This document shows, piece after piece, positions 41,478 to 51,570 of a DNA stretch of 64,000 nucleotides. How positions within the stretch are numbered: the stretch's first letter is position 1; every line of letters begins with the position of its first letter. The notes beneath the pieces were generated by a model that worked only from the letters and a program-made list of their open reading frames with translations, did not search any database and was not told the DNA's origin. The DNA comes from an uncultured Thermoleophilia bacterium (lineage in GTDB: Bacteria; Actinomycetota; Thermoleophilia; UBA2241), in assembly GCA_963715985.1 (NCBI GenBank), contig CAVQSP010000014.1, positions 512,001 to 576,000 of the forward strand, given 5' to 3'. Both the position numbers and the translations under genes were made by a program.

Positions 41478-43188
41478 CCGTCCTCGAGGATCTGGGCCGG
41501 GTCGAGTCCGCCGACGTGCTCGTCATCGGCGGGGGCATCGGCGGGCTCGTTGCCGCGGTGGCCGCCAAGGAGAAGGACCCGGACGCCGACGTGCTGGTCG
41601 TCGAGAAGGCGAGCTCCGGCTGGGCCGGCCAGGCCAACAAGGGCGCCGGCGTGTGGTGGTACCTGGCGCCCGAGGACGATGTGGACCGCTTCGTGCAGTT
41701 CCACGTCGAGCACATCGGCCACTACATCGAGGACCAGGAACTGCTCGCCGACTTCGGCCGCCAGAGCCTGGCCACTCTGGAGCGCATGGACGGATGGACC
41801 GGCAAGTTCCAGCGCCGTGACGACGGGCAGTTCATCCACAAGCGCTTCAAGCCGTTCCTGCCCTGGAGCCTCACGGGCGCGGACCTCGACTTCATGCGCC
41901 CGCTCAAGCGCACCGCCCGCAAGCTGGGAGTGCGCTTCATCGACAAGACGTCGCTCACCGACCTGCTGACCGACGGCGGGCGCGTCGCCGGCGCCGTCGG
42001 GTTCAGTCTGCTGGACGGCAGCCCTCTCGTGGTGCAGGCCCCCGCCGCCGTCATCGCCACCGGCGGCCAGAGTTACCGCATCATGGGCATGTGGAGCTGC
42101 CAGCGCGGCGACGGGCTGGGCATGGCCTGGCGCGCCGGCGCGCAGATGCGCAACGCCGAGTGGGGGCCGTTCGCCCAGCTCGCCGGCAAGAAGGGCAAGG
42201 AGCCGCTCATCGGCTCCGAGGACGCGCTGTACAACGCCTGGCACGAGAAGCTCTCGCCGCGGTTCCGCGACGAGCTCGCGCCCGACGTCTGCGGCATGAC
42301 GAGCGCCGTGTGGTACCAGCAGATGGTGGCCGGCAACGGCCCGCTGGTGACGTTCCACCCAGAGAACTGGATGCTCGCCAACACCACGGAGGACCTGGAG
42401 GGCGGCACCGTGTGGGACCGCCCGGTGGCCATCAAGTTCTGGGAGACGCTCATCAGCCGGGTGCGCAGCGCCGACCCGCCGGGCGCCTTTCTCGAGGTGT
42501 TCCCGGCGGTCCTCGGCGAGCTCTCGCCGATCAAGGTGGATCACGGCATGGCGACGACGGTGCCCGGCCTGTTCGCCTGCGGCAACGCCTGCTACAACGG
42601 CTCCGGCTTGCCCGGCGCCGTGCCGGCCTCGCCCGGGCGCATGCGCGGGTCCGGCCTCTTCGGCGCCACCTGGATGGGCATCCGCGCCGGCGAGTCGGCG
42701 GTGGGCGCCGCCGGCGGCGCACAGGCCGACGCGATGCAGGCGGAAGCGCTCGTACGCGACGCGCTCGCGCCCCTCGAGCGCACGGACGGCGTGCCGGCGA
42801 TGGAGCTGGTGCGCGCCGTCCAAGACGGCCGTGAACCCGGTCGGCTACTCGATCTACAAGAGCGAGGAGCGCATGACCGAGGCGCTCCAGATGGTCCTTG
42901 ACGTCAAGGAGCGCCTCCCCCAAGTCGCGGCCACCGATCCGCACTACCTGGTGGCCGCCCACGACGCCCGCAACATGGCGCTGAGCGCCGAGCTCTTCTA
43001 CCGCACGGCGCTGGAACGCAAGGAGTCGCGCGGCTGGTTCATCCGCGAGGACTACCCCGAGCGCGACGACGCCGAGTGGCTCAAGTGGGTCAACGCCGAG
43101 CCCGACGGCGACGGGATGCGCATCTGGACCGAGGACGTCCCCGTCGCCGACTACCCGTTCCAGCCCGACCGCCCCCGAGAGGAGCTGA
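41474..43188 (+). CDS. AprA/SdhA-superfamily flavoprotein of unknown substrate; frameshifts near 42826 and probably 43175
   Basis: 'DVLVIGGGIGG', 'IATGG', 'GDGLGMAWRAGA', 'TTVPGLFACG', 'RKESRGWFIREDYPERDD'; no covalent-FAD His. Confidence 0.82.
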
Positions 43189-43193
43189 GCCGA

Positions 43194-44058
43194 ATGGCCG
43201 CCACGATGGAACGCCAGCCTCGCCCTCTGACCCCCGAGGAACAGGCGAAGCCCTACGCCAAGTTCTACACGATGGAGTTCCCGGGGCCGGACCCGGCGAC
43301 GGTGGCGCTCATGGCGCGTGACCGCCAGGTCCCGCAGGAGCAGATGCTCATGCCGGAGGACCTCAACAAGCTGCTCGACCCCGGCAACCTTCGAGACCGA
43401 GGTCGGCTGGGGCATGATGGACAACGGCGCCGGCTACATCGCCATGCGCCACGAGATGCCCGGCGTCACCGTCGAGATGGTCGACTGGTGGTTCGCGTGG
43501 CACCCGATCGAAGGCCTGCGCTACCGCATCTGGTACCCGCCGTACCACCTCGGCGTCCACGTCGACGAGTGGGCGCAGCCGCGGCTGCTCGACCCCGGCG
43601 TGCCCGTCCGCGACAAGTGCGAGAAGGTCGTCCACCACGTGACCGAGGACACCGGCGTGGGCACGGAGCACATCGACATCCACTTCCTCACGCCCGAGCA
43701 GATCGGCTTCGACATGAGCCGCTGGCACAAGCCGAACGTGGGCACCTTCGTCGGCGGCTTCGGGTGGAGCGTCAACGAACACCAGCCGCCGGAGATCCCG
43801 GCCGCCCCGGCCATCATGGTCCACTTCATCCGCGAGATGGAGGGCGGCGTCGAGTGGCGCACGCGCTTCTGGATGGGCTACACGATCCTGAACGGCCACC
43901 CGGTCCCCCTGCTGCCGCCGGGCATCCGCGTGCCCGAGGACGCCGTGTGCGGCCTCGCCAACCACAACATCTACGAGTACACACGGCTCAAGTCGCTGCT
44001 CCCGCTGGTCTACGCGGAGCTCGGCGGCACCGTACGTGTGACCGTACGCAGACGATGA
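43194..44058 (+). CDS. Phloretin hydrolase / DAPG hydrolase (PhlG) family, copy 1; frameshift near 43388
   Basis: 'MPGVTVEMVDWWFAWH', 'LRYRIWYPPYH', 'VTED', 'TRFWMGY', 'HNIYEYTRL..LLP'. Confidence 0.87.
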
Positions 44059-44088
44059 CCGTCGCAGCCAGAGGGGAGAGGTGACCGC

Positions 44089-44871
44089 ATGCTCAAGAGC
44101 ATCGTGATGATGGACCTGCCCATCGACGACATCGCGCCGATGGAACGCTGGTACTACGAGTCGCACTCGTCGGAGATCTCGCGCCGGTACGGCCCGTGGC
44201 TGCAGCGCCACGAGAGCTACGTGGCGCTCGACGCGCCCGAGGACGCGCGCCGGTTCGGCTTCTACAACTGGCGCGTCACCGAGACCTACTGGCGCGAGAT
44301 GCCGGAGTCCGGGGCCAAAGGCGCGTACTGCTTCACGCCGGCCCCGGTCTGGAACCCCGTCGCCACCTGCACCGTCCCAGCGCAGCCGGACAACGACTTC
44401 TTCGGCTGGGACGGGTTCTCCACGGACGGCGCCAGCATCCGCTGGTACATCCTGTTCCGGTATCCCCTCGGGGTACGCCTCAAGGACGGCGAGGACTGGT
44501 TCGTCAACGTGCACGCCCCGGAGGTGTGCAGGCAGCCGGGGCTCAAGCGCTTCTTCAGCTACAAGGTCGAGCAGGCGGCGATCCCGCTGCCCGGCATGTG
44601 GCACCCGGACGCCACGCCGCCGCAGGACATGATGATGGTGCAGTGGGACCGCGTGGTGGAGCTCTGGTACCCGAGCTTCAGTGCCTGGCGCAAGGCGGTC
44701 ATCGAGGAGCCACCGGCCTACACGGCACCGGAATGGGCGACCGACGACTTCTACAAGGACGGCCATGCCACGTACCCGTTCTTCAAGCCGGGCGTGGACT
44801 TCGTGAGCACGTTCCTGCTCGAGCGCCCCGCCGACGAGTTCCTGCGCGACACGCGCTACTACCGGCCATGA
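44089..44871 (+). CDS. Bacterial-type chalcone isomerase homolog
   Basis: 'ERWYYESH', 'RFGFYNWRVTETYW', 'DGASIRW...YPLGV...GEDWF', 'WDRVVELWY...W', 'PEWA...YPFFKP' are collinear with Eubacterium ramulus CHI as recalled from memory. Confidence 0.75.
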   Translation: MLKSIVMMDLPIDDIAPMERWYYESHSSEISRRYGPWLQRHESYVALDAPEDARRFGFYNWRVTETYWREMPESGAKGAYCFTPAPVWNPVATCTVPAQPDNDFFGWDGFSTDGASIRWYILFRYPLGVRLKDGEDWFVNVHAPEVCRQPGLKRFFSYKVEQAAIPLPGMWHPDATPPQDMMMVQWDRVVELWYPSFSAWRKAVIEEPPAYTAPEWATDDFYKDGHATYPFFKPGVDFVSTFLLERPADEFLRDTRYYRP

Positions 44872-44932
44872 GCGCGCCGTTCGTGAGCCGCTCGCGTCCC
44901 GTTCCAGCCATCGCCACCCGGAGGTCACGCTG

Positions 44933-45772
44933 ATGGCCGTCAGGACACTCACGCCCGAAGAAGAGGCCAAGCCGTACGCCAAGTACTACCACCGCCCGGT
45001 CACGCCGCCGGACGCGGACATGATCGCGCTGATCCAGCCCGACGTGCAGATCGACCCGGCCCTGGCGCTGCCGCCGGAGCGCATCAGCGACCTGCTCGAC
45101 CCCGGCTACCACGAGGTCGAGACCGGCTGGTGCATCATGCCCAACGGCAGCGGCTACCTGGCCGTGCACAACCGCATGCCCGGCGTGACCGTCGAGATGC
45201 TCGACTGGTGGTTCTGGTGGCACTCCATGGCCAGCGTGCGCTACGGCCTCTGGTACCCGCCGGGCCACTACGGCATCTCGATCAGCAAGAAGTCGCGCGC
45301 CAAGCTCAGTGACCCGAGCGTGCCGGCCAAGGAGAAGATCTACGGCCGCACCGACCACGTGGTCGAGGACATCGGCACGGGCGCGGAGGACATCTACATC
45401 TGCTTCTGCGCCCCCGAGGAGATGGGCTTCGACATGAGCCGATTCCACGCGCCGAACGTCGCGGCCGTGTACGGCGGCTACGGCTTCGACCAGCCGCAGG
45501 GCGCCAAGCCGAGCGACATCCGGGCGCCCGCCATCATGTGTCACTTCATCCGTGAGCTTCCGGACGGGGACGGCATCGAGTTCCGCTCGCGCTTCTGGAT
45601 GGGCTACAAGCTCATCGAGGGGCAGCCCGTGCTCGCCATCCCGCCCGGTGAGTCGGTGCCGGCCGATGTGCCCTACGGCCTCGCCGATCACAACGTCAGC
45701 GAGTACTGCAACCTCAAGTCGCTGCTGCCGGAGATCTGGGCCGAGTTCAAGGACGCCGACCCGGCGCTGTGA
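44933..45772 (+). CDS. Phloretin hydrolase / PhlG family, copy 2
   Basis: 'MPGVTVEMLDWWFWWH', 'WYPPGH', 'VVEDIG', 'SRFWMGY', 'HNVSEY'. Confidence 0.88.
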   Translation: MAVRTLTPEEEAKPYAKYYHRPVTPPDADMIALIQPDVQIDPALALPPERISDLLDPGYHEVETGWCIMPNGSGYLAVHNRMPGVTVEMLDWWFWWHSMASVRYGLWYPPGHYGISISKKSRAKLSDPSVPAKEKIYGRTDHVVEDIGTGAEDIYICFCAPEEMGFDMSRFHAPNVAAVYGGYGFDQPQGAKPSDIRAPAIMCHFIRELPDGDGIEFRSRFWMGYKLIEGQPVLAIPPGESVPADVPYGLADHNVSEYCNLKSLLPEIWAEFKDADPAL

Positions 45773-45794
45773 AGCCGGGCAGGGAGGAACCCCT

Positions 45795-46589
45795 ATGCCA
45801 ATGAAGCTGATGGCGGCGTCACGCCGCCGGCCCGGGCTGACCAGGGCCGAGTACTTCCGCTACATCGAGCACTACCACGGCACCGTGGCGCGCCTCGAGC
45901 GCTTCAAGATCGAGAAGTACATCCAGAACCACGTGATCGACGGCGCGTTCGGCGTGATCTCCGACGCGGGCGGCCACAAGAACAAGGTCGCCGACAGGGA
46001 CGCCGTCGTCGAGCTCCACTTCGACAGCTTCCGCGACATGCTGGCCACCCTCGAGCCCGAGGGCGTGACCGTGTCGCGCGCCAACCAGGACGGCCGTTTC
46101 TTCGCCGACGAGCCGACCAACATCATCGTGATGGCGGAAGAGACCGAGCTGCCCGTCGCCAAGCCCATGCCGGACTTCAACCCCGGGCTCGGCGAGCCGG
46201 GCAGGGGTGCGCTCAAGGTGATGCAGTACATCATGCGCCGGCCCGAGGTCTTCCCCCAGGACTTCCACCGGCTGTGGCGCCGCGCCCACGACGAGGCTCT
46301 GGCGGCGAGCCCCTACGCCAACGACATGTTCCGCAAGATCGTCGTGAGCAAGCGCTCGCGCGTGAACGACAACGACGCCGCGGCCCGCGCGCACTTCAAG
46401 ATGGTCGACCCGCCGGTGTACGACCTCGTGGTGTCGTTCGTCCTCGACAGCATCGAGCAGGCCGGCGCCTTCCGGCAGTACTTCGACGCCATCACCAGCA
46501 GCCCGCTGGTGTTCGCCGACTGGTCGGAGTCGTTCTTCCTCTACGTGAGGCCGGTGCGGATCATCGACGACGCGCCGCCGAAGGAGTAG
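45795..46589 (+). CDS. Two-domain EthD protein
   Basis: 'RRRPGLTRAEYFRYIEHYHG...KYIQNH...DAVVELHFDS' plus a second degenerate domain; GGGAGG RBS. Confidence 0.78.
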   Translation: MPMKLMAASRRRPGLTRAEYFRYIEHYHGTVARLERFKIEKYIQNHVIDGAFGVISDAGGHKNKVADRDAVVELHFDSFRDMLATLEPEGVTVSRANQDGRFFADEPTNIIVMAEETELPVAKPMPDFNPGLGEPGRGALKVMQYIMRRPEVFPQDFHRLWRRAHDEALAASPYANDMFRKIVVSKRSRVNDNDAAARAHFKMVDPPVYDLVVSFVLDSIEQAGAFRQYFDAITSSPLVFADWSESFFLYVRPVRIIDDAPPKE

Positions 46590-46593
46590 TGCC

Positions 46594-47502
46594 ATGCCGG
46601 ACATGACCAAGCCTGAATGGGCGGCCCAGAAGACCTACGACGAGAACCGGGCGTTCAGCAAGACCAAGGCCACCCGTCCGCCGCTCACGCCCGAGGAAGA
46701 GAAGCGCCCGTTCGCCAAGTACTACTACGACGAGATCCCGCAGCCGGATCCCGTGCACTACGCGATCATGGACGAGCCGATGGACCCGGCCGACGCGTTC
46801 TACCCGGAGGACATCAGCCGCCTCCTCGACGTGCCGGCGCTCGAGGCGGGGGTGGAGATCGGATGGTGCAACCTGCCCAATGGGGCCGGCTACATCGCCA
46901 ACCGGATCCACTACCCGGAGTTCACCGCCGACATGGTCGACTGGTGGTTCGCGTGGCACCCGCTCGAGGACCTGCGGTACCGCATCTGGTACCCGCCGCA
47001 GCACGCCGGCATCATGCTGAGCCCCATCGACCGTGCTCGCATCCTCGATGACTCCATCCCCAACCGTGAGAAGAACTGGGGCGTCGTCCACAACGTGACT
47101 GAGAACTGCGACAACGGCTACGAGAACATCGACATCGCCTTCCGCTCGCCGGCCGACGCGGGCTTCGACATGGAGAAGTTCGACAAGGTGGCGGCGACCA
47201 TGGCGGGTGGCATGGGCTGGGCCGTGACGGTCGACAAGACCGACGAGTCCATCACCGCGCCGGCGCTCATGGTCCACATGTTCTACGACGCTCCGGAGGG
47301 AGGGCTGATCCACCGCACGCGCTTCTGGATGGGCTACCGCTTCAACGAGGAGGACAAGCCCGAGCTGTGCCTGCCGCCTGGCGTGAGCGTGCCGGTCGAG
47401 GCCGTCCAGGGCCTGGCGCGGCACAACGTCAAGGAGTACACGCGGTGGCGCGAGTTCCTGCCGAGGATCTACGCGGAGCTGGGCCCGGGGATGTACTGCT
47501 AG
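46594..47502 (+). CDS. Phloretin hydrolase / PhlG family, copy 3
   Basis: 'MVDWWFAWHPLEDLRYRIWYPPQH', 'VTEN', 'TRFWMGY', 'HNVKEY'. Confidence 0.88.
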   Translation: MPDMTKPEWAAQKTYDENRAFSKTKATRPPLTPEEEKRPFAKYYYDEIPQPDPVHYAIMDEPMDPADAFYPEDISRLLDVPALEAGVEIGWCNLPNGAGYIANRIHYPEFTADMVDWWFAWHPLEDLRYRIWYPPQHAGIMLSPIDRARILDDSIPNREKNWGVVHNVTENCDNGYENIDIAFRSPADAGFDMEKFDKVAATMAGGMGWAVTVDKTDESITAPALMVHMFYDAPEGGLIHRTRFWMGYRFNEEDKPELCLPPGVSVPVEAVQGLARHNVKEYTRWREFLPRIYAELGPGMYC

Positions 47503-47614
47503 GGGTATCCCGTCGGGCATCGACGATTGAGTTGACCGCGTGAGGGCGGGGGCCGGGGCCGGCGTGCAGGACGTGGCCGCCCGGCCCGTGGCAAACCACG
47601 GCGAGCCGGGCATG

Positions 47615-48532
47615 CTAGGGTGTCAGCCAGCCGTGGGTGAGGTCCGGCGGCCGCTTCTCGGCACGTTCCGGCAGCGGCTCGCTCACGGGCCAGATGAGCT
47701 CCGTGGCGAAGTCCGCGGGGTCGGCCGTGTCCCGCTCGTCGCGGACGAAGCGCATCCGCAGCCGGCCGCGGAGGCCGCGGCCGCTGTCCGCGAGCCATTC
47801 GAGCTGTCTGGCGTAGGCGAAGCGGTAGCCGTCCTCGTAGAGACCTGAGAAGACGCTTCGCGCGAAGCGGCCGCCCTCGAGCTCGACGAGGTCCGCGGCT
47901 GGTGTGGTGGTCGCCTCTCCGGCCACGGGGAGGCAGAGCTCGTAGCGGAGCACGGTCTCGTCCCCGCCCGCGAGACCTTTGTCCGTCGGGTCGAGCAGTA
48001 CCACGTGTTCTCTCCCCGTCGGGGTGAGGCCGGACTCGGTGGCTCTATCGGCGAGCACGGCGGCGAGATCGATGTAGGACTCGTGGAACTCCGAGCGGGC
48101 CATCGTCCCCGACCAGCGCAGGCAGCGCTCCGGCGCGAGGTCGATGAGTTCGACGGCGGGAGCCGCGCGGAACATGGCGTCGAGCTCGTCGATCCTGCTC
48201 AAGAGCCGCAACGCCGCATCCAGGCGGGCCTGCTCCTGCTCGAGCCGCTGCTTCTGCTGCGTGAGGGTCTCTTCGAGACGATCCGTCGCAGCCGCGTCGA
48301 TGTACAGGCGCATCTCGTTCAGGGGTACGTCGAGCCGCCTGAGAAGGCGGATCATCTCGGCTGCCCGGATCGAGTGGACGTCGTAGGATCGGTATCCCGT
48401 CGCCTCGTCGACGTGCGCGGGCAGCAGGAGCCCGCGATCGGCGTACAAGCGAAGGGCACGATGGCTCAGCCCGGTCATGCGCGAGAAGATGCCGATCGGC
48501 ATCAGTCGCTCATCACCCCGTGGCGACCGCAT
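47615..48532 (-). CDS. MerR family regulator with GyrI-like effector domain (BmrR type)
   Basis: 'IGIFSRMTGLSHRALRLYADRGLLLPAHVDEATGYRSY', C-terminal 'TELIWPV'. Confidence 0.88.
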   Translation of the reverse strand: MRSPRGDERLMPIGIFSRMTGLSHRALRLYADRGLLLPAHVDEATGYRSYDVHSIRAAEMIRLLRRLDVPLNEMRLYIDAAATDRLEETLTQQKQRLEQEQARLDAALRLLSRIDELDAMFRAAPAVELIDLAPERCLRWSGTMARSEFHESYIDLAAVLADRATESGLTPTGREHVVLLDPTDKGLAGGDETVLRYELCLPVAGEATTTPAADLVELEGGRFARSVFSGLYEDGYRFAYARQLEWLADSGRGLRGRLRMRFVRDERDTADPADFATELIWPVSEPLPERAEKRPPDLTHGWLTP

Positions 48533-48628
48533 CTCCCGTCGTCCTTCCTGGTCCATGACGCCACTCTAGTCTCGGACGCGGAAGGTGGCCATCTTGCCGT
48601 CCGTCACCGCCCGCACGCGCGTCGCTCG

Positions 48629-48659
48629 TTGACTCTGACGCGGGTCAGTGTTCGAGACT
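48629..48659 (+). promoter_or_regulatory. MerR-type promoter TTGACT-N19-GAGACT with internal dyad
   Basis: ACTCTGAC-GCGG-GTCAGTGT dyad overlapping -35 and the spacer; divergent from the merR-family gene. Confidence 0.55.
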
Positions 48660-48732
48660 CTCTGAGCCGCGTCGCGCGCCGGCGCCGAGCACGCACTGTC
48701 TATCGCTACGGCCACTGTTCCAAGGGAGGCTG

Positions 48733-50248
48733 ATGAGTGTGAACGACATCGTCAATGGGCTCGCCGCGCTCGTCGGCCGCGACTACGTCGCGGCCGACCC
48801 GGCGAGCCTCCAGGAGTACGCGGGCGACGAGAGCTTCGTCCCGCGGCTGACGCCGTGGGCCGTGGCCCGGCCGGGCTCGGCCCAGGAAGTGCAGAAGGTC
48901 GTCGCCTGGGCCAACGAGACGGCGACGCCGCTCGTGCCGGTCAGCTCCGGCGGGCCGCACTTCCACGGCGACACGGTGCCCAGCGTGACGGGCGCCGTGA
49001 TGCTCGACCTGCGGCGGCATGGACAGGATCCTGCGTATCGACCGGCGCAACCGCATGGCGGTCATCGAGCCGGGCGTCACGTATCCCCAGCTGCAGGCCG
49101 CCCTGGCCGAGCAGGGCATGCGCGTGACGCCGCCGCTGCTGCCGCGGGCGAACAAGTCGGTCGTCGCGAGTCTGCTCGAGCGCCAGCCGACGCTCATCCC
49201 GCGCTACAACTTCCACCTGCCCGAGCCGCTGCGCAGCTGCGGCGTGGTGTGGGGAAACGGCGAGACCATGTTCACCGGCGAGGCCGGCAGCGGCCCCGAG
49301 TCGCTGGAGGCGCAGTGGCAGGCCGGCGGCGTGCAGGCCGACCCCAAGGGCCCGGCGCAGACCGACTTCTTTCGCCTGCTCACGGGCGCGCAGGGGACGA
49401 TGGGCGTCGTCACGTGGGCGGCGGTCAAGTGCGAGCTGCTGCCCGCCGCCCACGAGTTCGCGTTCGTGACGGCCGCCGACCTCGACGACCTGGTCGACCT
49501 CACCTACCGGCTCGACCGCATCCGGCTCGGCGATGAGGTGTTCATCGTCAACGACGCCTACCTGGAGCGGCTGCTTGCCTCGCAGCATGGGGGCAAGGTC
49601 GATCCCGACGAGCTGCCGGCGTGGACGCTCGTCCTTGGGTTCGGCGGGCGCGAGCACTTCGCCGCGGAGCGGGTCGCCGTCCAGAAGAAGGACGCGGCAT
49701 CGCTGGCCGGGGAGTTCGGCCTGACGCTGCAGCAGTCGATCCCCGGTGCGCTGACCGGTGACATCGCCGCCGCGATCGGCGCCTGCTGCGAGACGCCATG
49801 GAAGCTGGCGGCGGAGGGCGCCTGCGCCGACGTGTTCTTCGTGACCACTCTCGAGGAGGCGCCCGCGTTCGTCGAGATCGCGCACATCGTGGCCGACGGG
49901 TACGGGTACGCCGCGGAGGACGTCGGCGTGTACATCCAGCCCCAGCACCAGGGCGTGACGCACCACGTCGAGTTCAGCCTGCCCTACGACGGCTCGGACG
50001 CGGCCACCCGGGAGGACATGAAGGGCCTGTCCGACGACCTCGCCGCCAATCTCATGGCCGCCGGCGCCTACTTCAGCCGGCCGTACGGCTCGTGGGCTCA
50101 GCCCGTCTACAACCGCGATGCCGCCTCGCGCGACGCCCTGCGCAAGGTCAAGGCGATCTTCGACCCGGCCGGGAGTCATGAACCCCGGCAAGCTGTGCTT
50201 CGGGGCGCCGGATCGCGCCCGCGCGCGCTCGTCGAAAAGGAGGCCTGA
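48733..50248 (+). CDS. FAD-binding oxidoreductase (VAO/PCMH/GlcD superfamily); frameshifts near 49018 and 50172
   Basis: 'ARPGSAQEVQKVV', 'VPVSSG', 'DLRRMDRILRID', 'IEPGVT', 'GAQGTMGVVT', 'KAIFDP...NPGK'. Confidence 0.82.
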
Positions 50249-50249
50249 C

Positions 50250-51570
50250 ATGGCCCTCACCGACTATCGCGCCGACGCCATGCGCTGCACGCGCTGCAGC
50301 TACTGCAAGTGGATCCCCTTCGACCTCGTGAAGAGCCACCGCTTCGCCAAGGGCTGCCCATCGATCGAAGCCGGCAAGTTCCACGCCTACTCGGCCGGCG
50401 GCCGGCTCGTCACCATGCGCTCGCCTCCTCGACGGCCGCAGCGAGGTCACCGACCAGGTCGTCGACATCGCCTTCCGCTGCCAGCTCTGCGGCAACTGCG
50501 ACGTGGCCTGCAAGATGTGCCGCTACGACATGGAGCCCATCCTCGCGCTGCGCGAGCTGCGCGCGCACCTGGTCGAGATGGACCGGGTGCCGGAGTCGTA
50601 CCGGCCGCTCATCGAGCGCACCCGCGCCGGCCTCGCCGGCAAGGGCAAGACCCCGGCCGAGCGCAACGCCTGGGCTGAAGGGCTGGGCCTCGTGGACCCG
50701 ACCGTCGAGCCCGTCGACGTCGTCTTCTTCGCGGGCTGCAAGTACTCCCTCGAGGAGTCGCTGCGGGAGACCGTGCGCACGCAGGTGCGCGTGCTGCAGG
50801 CCGCCGGCCTCAGCGTGGGCATCATGCCCGAGGCCGGCTGCTGCGGCGGCCTCGCCGACAAGATGGGCTATCGTGACGAGGCCGCCAGGCCGGCACGAAG
50901 ATGCTCGAGCAGTGGGCCGCCGCCGGTGTGAAGACGGTGGTCACGCCGTGCGCCGACTGCCGGCACACGTTCACGCGCGCCTACCCGAAGTACGAGGGCG
51001 CGTCGGAGGACATGCCGGAGATCCTGCACACCGTCGAGTGCGTCGACAGGCTCGTGAAGGACGGGCGGCTCGAGCTCACCGCGCCCGTCCCGCTCACCGT
51101 CACCTACCACGACCCCTGCAACCTCGGTCGTCAGGGCGAGCCCTACACGCAGTGGGAAGGGGTCGAGAAGAAGATCTACGGCCAGGCGGTCGTCTACGAC
51201 CCGCCGCGACCGCGCCACAACGGCGCCAACGGCGTCTATGACGCGCCGCGCGACGTGCTCGCCGCCATCCCCGGCGTGGAGCTCGTCGAGATGGAGCGCA
51301 GCCGCGAGGCCGCCTGGTGCTGCGGCGCCGGCGGCGCCTGCCGCGAGGCGTTCCCCGAGTACTCGGCCGCGACGGCCGCAGAGCGCGTGGAGGAGGCGGC
51401 GTCGACCGGTGCTGAGGCGCTCGTCACCGCCTGCTCGCGCTGCGAGCTCAACTTCGCGGAGGCCGTGGCCGCCGACACCGCGTCGGGCGGCCCCGGCGCC
51501 GATCTGCAGGTCCACGACGTGCTGGAGCTCGTCGCGCTCTCCGCCGGCATCAGGGAAGGAGGCCTCATGA
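50250..51570 (+). CDS. GlcF/HdrD-like Fe-S protein with CCG domains; frameshifts near 50425, 50893 and probably 51553
   Basis: CTRCSYC, CQLCGNCDVAC, 'GCCGG', 'VTYHDPCNLGR', 'CCGAGG', 'TACSRC'. Confidence 0.82.

Noticed and set aside
41223-43188. APS reductase (sulfate reduction) or succinate dehydrogenase
   Set aside because: No sat, qmo or sdhBCD neighbours; covalent-FAD His and dicarboxylate-binding motifs are absent
42831-44084. Flavoprotein-phloretin hydrolase fusion
   Set aside because: A GAGGAG RBS precedes the ATG at 43194, and removing one C from the CCCCC run gives a stop at 43186-43188; the paralog at 60081 is unfused. Not fully excluded
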